A stretch of 40,748 nucleotides of DNA. Origin: Candidatus Wildermuthbacteria bacterium (lineage in GTDB: Bacteria > Patescibacteriota > Minisyncoccia > Minisyncoccales > UBA10102). A program made the position numbers and the translations under genes. The stretch spans positions 1 to 40,748 of the forward strand of contig JACOZJ010000003.1 of the NCBI GenBank assembly GCA_016181405.1. Reading direction: 5' to 3'. Shown here one piece after another: positions 35,572-40,748 of this stretch (position 1 is its first letter; the number at the start of each line of letters is the position of its first letter). The notes beneath the pieces were generated by a model, which made no database searches, was not told where the DNA came from, and saw nothing but the letters and a program-made list of their open reading frames with translations.

Positions 35572-36315
35572 ATGGCAGAAGTGAAGTTATCAGTGGTAAT
35601 CCCCGTATATAACGAAGAAAATCGTTTGCCGCGAACGCTCCGGGACGTTGATGCGTACTTACGGAAACAAGATTACGAATACGAAATTATTGTGGTAAAC
35701 GATGGATCGCGCGATCGAACAGCCGAAGTGACGAATGCGCTGGCGCGAGAAATTGCGAATCTTCGTTTGGTTAACAATCAAAAAAATCGCGGGAAGGGAT
35801 ATGCGGTGCGTCAAGGAATGCTGGAGGCAAAAGGCGCGTATCGTGTGTTTTCTGATGCCGACAATTCCACGAGTATAACACACGTGGGAAGAATGTGGCC
35901 TGAATTTGAAAAAGGGTTTGATGTAGTCATTGGCTCCCGTGATACCAAAGGTGCGGTGATTGCCGTGCGCCAACCCTGGTGGCGACGGCGCCTCGGCGAT
36001 GTGTTCAATCTTGTGGTGCAATTGCTGTCTGGATTATGGGGTATTTGGGACACGCAGTGCGGGTTTAAAGGATTTTCCGCGCGCGCGGCGCAAGAAATTT
36101 TTTCCCGCGCCAAAATCAACCGATGGGCGTTTGACGTGGAGGTGCTGGTTATCGCGAAAAAACTTGGGTATCAGATAAAGGAAGTGCCGGTAACATGGGT
36201 TAATGACAGGCAAAGTAAAGTTCGACTTTCAGGAATGGCGAAAATGCTTTTGGACGTTTTGCAGATTAGTATGAATAACGTAATGAATAGATATAGTGGT
36301 TTCAGGACAATATGA
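35572..36315 (+). CDS. Glycosyltransferase family 2, polyprenyl-phosphate glucosyltransferase (ALG5/DPG-synthase-like)
   Basis: SVVIPVYNEE, VNDGSRD, NRGKGYAV, DADNS, DTQCGFK, WAFDVE. Confidence 0.93.
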   Translation: MAEVKLSVVIPVYNEENRLPRTLRDVDAYLRKQDYEYEIIVVNDGSRDRTAEVTNALAREIANLRLVNNQKNRGKGYAVRQGMLEAKGAYRVFSDADNSTSITHVGRMWPEFEKGFDVVIGSRDTKGAVIAVRQPWWRRRLGDVFNLVVQLLSGLWGIWDTQCGFKGFSARAAQEIFSRAKINRWAFDVEVLVIAKKLGYQIKEVPVTWVNDRQSKVRLSGMAKMLLDVLQISMNNVMNRYSGFRTI

Positions 36316-36393
36316 TTTTGTAGCGCTTTACCCGTTCTGTGGAATGGGATCCTCGCGTCTCACAAAATTACACCATCCTTGCGGCTTTACGCT

Positions 36394-37449
36394 ATGCCAT
36401 TATCAAAAAAATTTCCATCGGAATTGCGGCTTGATCCCGTTTCCAAAGATTGGGTTCTGATTAAGACGGGTTTGGCACACAAGCTCGAAGACCTGCGCCG
36501 CCGAGCAGGCGGGTATGATCGCGCCTCATGGGAAGCTGCGCAGAAAGATTGCCCTTTCGATACTTTAGAAAAGCAGGATTATCCCACGCACGCATTTTTT
36601 GAGGGTAAAGAAATGCCTTTGCCCAAGGAGGGAAAGCGCGTACCCGACCATTGGACCACTATTGCCTTTCCCAATAAATATCCAGCGTTCGTCGAGAAAA
36701 AATATTTTAAAATCCGGAATCTTGGACCGTATCAGATGGCAGATGGGGTCGGATTTCATGAAGTTATCGTTACAAAATCTCACACAGACGATATCCCGCA
36801 ATTTTCTGTTTCGCAAGCAAAAGAGCTGTTTGATATGTATCACGCGCGCTATAGAGCTTTGAAGGGTAAGAGATTTGTAAAGCATATTTCCATTTTTAAA
36901 AACCGCGGACCGCGGGCTGGTGCTTCGGTCGCTCATCCGCATTCCCAGATCATTGCAGCTCCCGTTACCGATCCCGATATCCTTAGCAGTCTCCAGGGAT
37001 CCCGGGAATACTTCACGGAAAATAAAAAGTGTATCCACTGTGCTATGATTGCGTGGGACAGAAAAGGCAAAAAACGCATAGTGTATGAAAATGATGAATT
37101 CGTAGTGTTCTGCCCTTTTGCTTCTCGCGTATCTTTTGAAATGCGGGTATATCCCAAAGTTCATGCTCCTTATTTTGAGCAGGCCGACGCACGAGAGCGA
37201 GAAGCGCTTGCGGATGCCTTTCTCGCGGCGATGAAAAAGCTGTACAAGGCGTTGAAAGATCCTGACTATAACTATTTCTTGCATACGGCTCCTGCTGACG
37301 GCGGGAACTATGAACATTATCATTGGCACTGGGAAATTCTGCCGAGAACCGCAGTTTGGGCAGGATATGAATTAGGTTCGCAAATCGAAGTTTCTACGAT
37401 TGAACCAGAAAAAGCAGCGGCGTTTTTGCGTAAACAGAATCACTCCTAG
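36394..37449 (+). CDS. galT: Galactose-1-phosphate uridylyltransferase family protein
   Basis: ELRLDP...W, PNKYPA, GASVAHPHSQ, HYHWHWEILPR. Confidence 0.88.
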   Translation: MPLSKKFPSELRLDPVSKDWVLIKTGLAHKLEDLRRRAGGYDRASWEAAQKDCPFDTLEKQDYPTHAFFEGKEMPLPKEGKRVPDHWTTIAFPNKYPAFVEKKYFKIRNLGPYQMADGVGFHEVIVTKSHTDDIPQFSVSQAKELFDMYHARYRALKGKRFVKHISIFKNRGPRAGASVAHPHSQIIAAPVTDPDILSSLQGSREYFTENKKCIHCAMIAWDRKGKKRIVYENDEFVVFCPFASRVSFEMRVYPKVHAPYFEQADAREREALADAFLAAMKKLYKALKDPDYNYFLHTAPADGGNYEHYHWHWEILPRTAVWAGYELGSQIEVSTIEPEKAAAFLRKQNHS

Positions 37450-37455
37450 AAATAT

Positions 37456-38079
37456 ATGATTGAAACAATCTTTGAGTTTCTTGCGAATACCGTTATTTTT
37501 GTTATTGAAGCCACGGGGTATGTCGGTATTGCGCTGTTGATGGCATTAGAAAGTGCCAATGTCCCCATTCCCTCGGAAGTTATTATGCCTTTTGCAGGGT
37601 TTTTGGTATGGGAAGAAAAGCTCAATTGGTGGTTTGTTATCTTTGCGGGGGCATTTGGGAATCTTGTTGGCTCTTTGGCATCGTATTATCTAGGGAAATG
37701 GGGCGGGCGGCCGTTTCTGGAGCGCTACGGACGATATTTTTTTATAACAAAGCATGATTTGGATCTCGGAGACAGGTTGTTCGCCAAATATGGGCCTATC
37801 ACTATTTTCGCTTCCCGAGTTCTTCCTATCGTGCGGACATTTATTTCTTTTCCGGCCGGCATGGCGCGCATGAACATTTGGAAATTTTCACTGTATACTT
37901 TTACGGGGTCTTTCATGTGGAGCATGATGCTTACTTATGCCGGGTTAATTACTGGGGAAAATTGGGATGGGCTGAAAGAATATTTCAGGACGTTTGATTG
38001 GCTTATCGCCGGAATTATTGTAGTATTAGGTACATGGTGGATTTGGAGGCATATTAAGCTTCTAAAACGTGAAGCGTAA
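37456..38079 (+). CDS. dedA: DedA family membrane protein
   Basis: LMALESANVPIPSEVIMPFAG, RVLPIVRTFISFPAG. Confidence 0.93.
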   Translation: MIETIFEFLANTVIFVIEATGYVGIALLMALESANVPIPSEVIMPFAGFLVWEEKLNWWFVIFAGAFGNLVGSLASYYLGKWGGRPFLERYGRYFFITKHDLDLGDRLFAKYGPITIFASRVLPIVRTFISFPAGMARMNIWKFSLYTFTGSFMWSMMLTYAGLITGENWDGLKEYFRTFDWLIAGIIVVLGTWWIWRHIKLLKREA

Positions 38080-38092
38080 ATGCATAGCAGCA

Positions 38093-38761
38093 ATGGAAAA
38101 GACAATTATCATAGCTAACTGGAAAATGAACCCCTGCGCGTTTCTCGACGCGCAAGCCCTGATAAGCGAGATATTGTTTGGCACGAAAGATACAAAAACT
38201 GTAAACGTAGTCTTTTGTCCACCATTTGTATATCTTCAAGGGCTTATTAAGAAATATCCGAAAGCTGTTTTTGGCGCGCAGGATTGTTTCTGGGAACAGC
38301 AAGGTGCTTTCACCGGCGAGATTTCTCCCCAAATGCTTAAAGATATGGGATGTGCGTATGTTATTCTTGGGCATTCAGAACGCGCAAAATATCTGGGAGA
38401 AACGGAAGATATGGTGCAAAAGAAAGTTGCAGCAGCACTGGCTGCTGGCTTGAAAGTTATTTTATGCGTAGGGGAAAAAGAAGAAACACCAAAGGATCTA
38501 CCTGGCCTTCTCGTAGTGTATGAGCCAGAGTGGGCTATTAGTACCCAAGGAAAGGGGGCTGCGGATACCAAGCTTGTGGCTTCTCGAGTCGCAGCAATGC
38601 GCCGTACGCTCAAAACCAGCCCGATCCTCTATGGCGGCAGCGTAACCAGCTCAAATATTGCTTCACTTATAAAAGAAACTGGAGTTCAGGGCGCGCTCGT
38701 CGGCTCCGCCTCGCTGGACGCGTGCGAATTCTTCAATCTTGTGAAAAACGCCGCTGCGTGA
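38093..38761 (+). CDS. tpiA: Triosephosphate isomerase (compact)
   Basis: ANWKMN, GAFTGEIS, GHSER, YEPEWAI, LYGGSV, LVGSASL. Confidence 0.93.
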   Translation: MEKTIIIANWKMNPCAFLDAQALISEILFGTKDTKTVNVVFCPPFVYLQGLIKKYPKAVFGAQDCFWEQQGAFTGEISPQMLKDMGCAYVILGHSERAKYLGETEDMVQKKVAAALAAGLKVILCVGEKEETPKDLPGLLVVYEPEWAISTQGKGAADTKLVASRVAAMRRTLKTSPILYGGSVTSSNIASLIKETGVQGALVGSASLDACEFFNLVKNAAA

Positions 38762-38776
38762 TACAGTAATGCACCT

Positions 38777-39280
38777 ATGGATCTTTTTCTGAACGAAAAG
38801 TTTTACAGTCCGACCAAAGGTTCGCTTTCGCTCCCTGAAGTATTGGAAGAGATGGTGGCCTATATGCAAGAGGAACCCCATAAGAAATACGAGGTTATCG
38901 TGGGGTGTGATTCTTCAGCTACCACAGATCCCACGTTTCCGGTGGTTATCGTAGTGCTCCGGAAAAAAGCAGGCGGAAGATTTTTTTTGCGCAGAATCCA
39001 TTATCCCGCGCGCCCTTTTCCCAGCAGGCGCCAGCGCATTTTAGAAGAGGTGTTGCTTTCGTGCCAGCTTGCTTTATGGCTGCGAGAGAATTTTGGTCAG
39101 CTCGCTCTTCAGCATGGCGTAACATACGATTTTCAGTATATTCACGCTGATATCGGAGAGAATGGCATTACTCGCGATATGATAAAGGAGGTTACCGGGC
39201 TTATCCGCGGCAACGGCTTTGAGCCAAAAATCAAGCCAGAATCTTTCGCCGCATCGAGTGTTGCAGACAGATACTCTTAA
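38777..39280 (+). CDS. RNase H-like YkuK (DUF458) family protein
   Basis: VIVGCDS, RILEEV..S, IHADIGENG.TR..IKEV.G, IKPESFAASSVADR. Confidence 0.85.
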   Translation: MDLFLNEKFYSPTKGSLSLPEVLEEMVAYMQEEPHKKYEVIVGCDSSATTDPTFPVVIVVLRKKAGGRFFLRRIHYPARPFPSRRQRILEEVLLSCQLALWLRENFGQLALQHGVTYDFQYIHADIGENGITRDMIKEVTGLIRGNGFEPKIKPESFAASSVADRYS

Positions 39281-39315
39281 ACCTTTGTATATTTTGAGCT
39301 TCAAATAAGAAAAGT

Positions 39316-39366
39316 GCCCCGAGGCGACGTTGCACTCTCATAGAGATATGCATATTGCCTCGGGGC
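39316..39366 (-). terminator. GCCCCG-stem hairpin, copy 1
   Basis: gccccgaggcga...ttgcctcggggc with a minus-strand U-rich tail. Confidence 0.6.
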
Positions 39367-39590
39367 TTCACCGCGGGGGTGCTCCGTGTCGTGGCCGTGC
39401 GTATCCCGACGCCACTTGGGAACTGGGTATCTACGTGAGCGCCGGGTTTTTCGAAACGGCCGCCTCAGCTCTCGCGGGTCAGATGACTTCGCATGCGCCC
39501 GCGAAGAGTGACAAACCGGCGCGCGCGGTGGAGCAAACCCCCTTCCTAAGAAAAGTGAAGGGGGTTTATGTTTGTAGGAGTAATGAAAAT

Positions 39591-39623
39591 GCCCCGGACA
39601 ATCTCGTGAGAGACTGCCGGGGC
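39591..39623 (-). terminator. GCCCCG-stem hairpin, copy 2, downstream of the lipoprotein gene
   Basis: gccccgg-aca-atctcgtgagaga-ctg-ccggggc with a minus-strand U-rich tail. Confidence 0.65.
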
Positions 39624-39649
39624 TGAATGGTTGCTACGCCTGGGCTTCT

Positions 39650-39889
39650 TTAGGGCGATCCCTGCGAACAGGTAATCGCAACGCCTTCGTAGACATAGCA
39701 GACCATCCTACCGTCCTCGATGCGATAAACGCCGTGGTTTTCGATGGTTGCCACCCGCGTAGCCCCAGTAGTATTCGGGACTGGCGTGCGTGGAGTAGAG
39801 GAGCCGGGGGTGGGGGTTGCCGGTGGCGCGCATGCCGTCACCAGCAAGGCGACAAGGAAAACAACAGCAACCAGTGTCTTCTTTCTCAC
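39650..39889 (-). CDS. Small putative lipoprotein
   Basis: SD ggagg before GTG; lipobox LVTA-C; Pro/Thr linker; small C-terminal domain with two Cys. Confidence 0.7.
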   Translation of the reverse strand: MRKKTLVAVVFLVALLVTACAPPATPTPGSSTPRTPVPNTTGATRVATIENHGVYRIEDGRMVCYVYEGVAITCSQGSP

Positions 39890-39898
39890 GTTTTCCTC

Positions 39899-40747
39899 CT
39901 ATGGCGCTGGGGTCGGCGTTGGGCTTGGCGCACGGATTCCTTTAAGGAATGCATCCGTGAGAAGCAAACCTTGGTCCGCCGGAATGATGACCAACTCCAC
40001 GTTGTCTGCGATTCTGTTCACCGTAGCGTACTGGATGACCTCTTCGGTGAGTGACTCAGCGATGAGCTTGTTCGCCTGTGCCTGCTGTTCGGCGACCAGA
40101 CGAATGGCTTCCGCCTCGCCCTGCGCGCGAAGGACCGTGAATTGCCGTTCACCTTCGGCTTGGGCGATGCGTGCGTCGGCCTCACCCTTTGCTCGGGCCT
40201 GCGCTTGGCGAGCTTCCACCTCAATCTGCCGGAGGCGGTTCTCGGCTTCCAACGCCCGTTGCGATGCGACTACCTTCGCCTCGACGGCCTCCGCGAACGA
40301 AGGCGAGAATTCGAAGTTCGTAATCGCGACCGCCTTGACTAGGATACCGTGTGGTTCCACACGGAGTTTGAGTGCCGATTCAATTTCATCGCGTATCTTA
40401 GGGCGTTCGGTGATGAGCGCCTCTGCGTTATAGCGGGCGGTCACGGCTTTGACGCTTTCCTGGACCGATGGCACCATGATGCGCGCGATGTAGTCGCGCC
40501 GGAGAGTCTGATATATTGTGTTCACGCGGCCAGGGTCGAGCGAATAGTTCACCGTCACCTGTGTCGCGACGTCCTGCAGGTCATGCGAGGCCGCCGCCGC
40601 GTCGGCAGAAAAAGGATGCTCCTGTACATCCATCACCTCTACCGACTCCAAGAAAAAGGGATTCCGGAAATGAAGCCCCTCCCCGAAGGTCGTGTCGGTT
40701 ACCGCGCCGGCGCGAACGAGTACGCCCCGTTCGGCAGGGTCAATCAT
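39899..40747 (-). CDS. SPFH/prohibitin (band 7) family protein, 5'-truncated by the window edge
   Basis: GEGLHFRNPF, ASHDLQDV, VKAVTARYNAEALIT.R, F.FS..F..AVEAK, AQGEAEA coiled coil. Confidence 0.92.
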   Translation of the reverse strand: MIDPAERGVLVRAGAVTDTTFGEGLHFRNPFFLESVEVMDVQEHPFSADAAAASHDLQDVATQVTVNYSLDPGRVNTIYQTLRRDYIARIMVPSVQESVKAVTARYNAEALITERPKIRDEIESALKLRVEPHGILVKAVAITNFEFSPSFAEAVEAKVVASQRALEAENRLRQIEVEARQAQARAKGEADARIAQAEGERQFTVLRAQGEAEAIRLVAEQQAQANKLIAESLTEEVIQYATVNRIADNVELVIIPADQGLLLTDAFLKGIRAPSPTPTPAP

Positions 40748-40748
40748 C

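Noticed and set aside
39330-39626. 98-aa plus-strand ORF
   Set aside because: TTG start inside a hairpin, spans three hairpins, and has no recognisable motif.
1-40748. Alternative genetic code (UGA=Gly, as in Gracilibacteria/Absconditabacteria)
   Set aside because: TGA ends conserved genes at expected positions (rpsJ, rpsQ, rplN, map) and no conserved gene is interrupted by it.

Overview
The window looks like chromosome of a Patescibacteria/CPR (Parcubacteria-like) bacterium. Support: standard code, rpsE joined directly to rplO with no rpmD (L30), few Shine-Dalgarno sites and many apparently leaderless genes. 1.4-14.7 kb is an accessory cell-surface locus. It holds an SH3b protein, a large Cna-B/SdrD-like surface protein, and an operon with a SipW/Sec11-type (Ser-His) signal peptidase plus 4-5 proteins with SipW-class-like signals and/or a shared Cys-rich N-terminal domain fused to different passenger domains. 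This is the best candidate for an undescribed system: a TasA/bundling-pilus-like modular fibre. Next come hup, an ECF sigma/DUF5667-type pair, corA, tRNA-Pro(GGG) with a partial duplicate, rpmB and an M50 protease. The str-S10-spc cluster (rpsL to secY-adk-map) follows, then housekeeping genes (GT2, galT, dedA, tpiA, YkuK-like) and GC-richer cassette-like genes at the right end. Notable non-coding signals are short GC-rich palindromes inserted in frame (once triply nested) in ribosomal and other genes, a recurring AAAGGTCG leader motif, a possible attenuator before rplC and several structured intergenic elements. All family calls come from motif recognition by eye; no searches were run.
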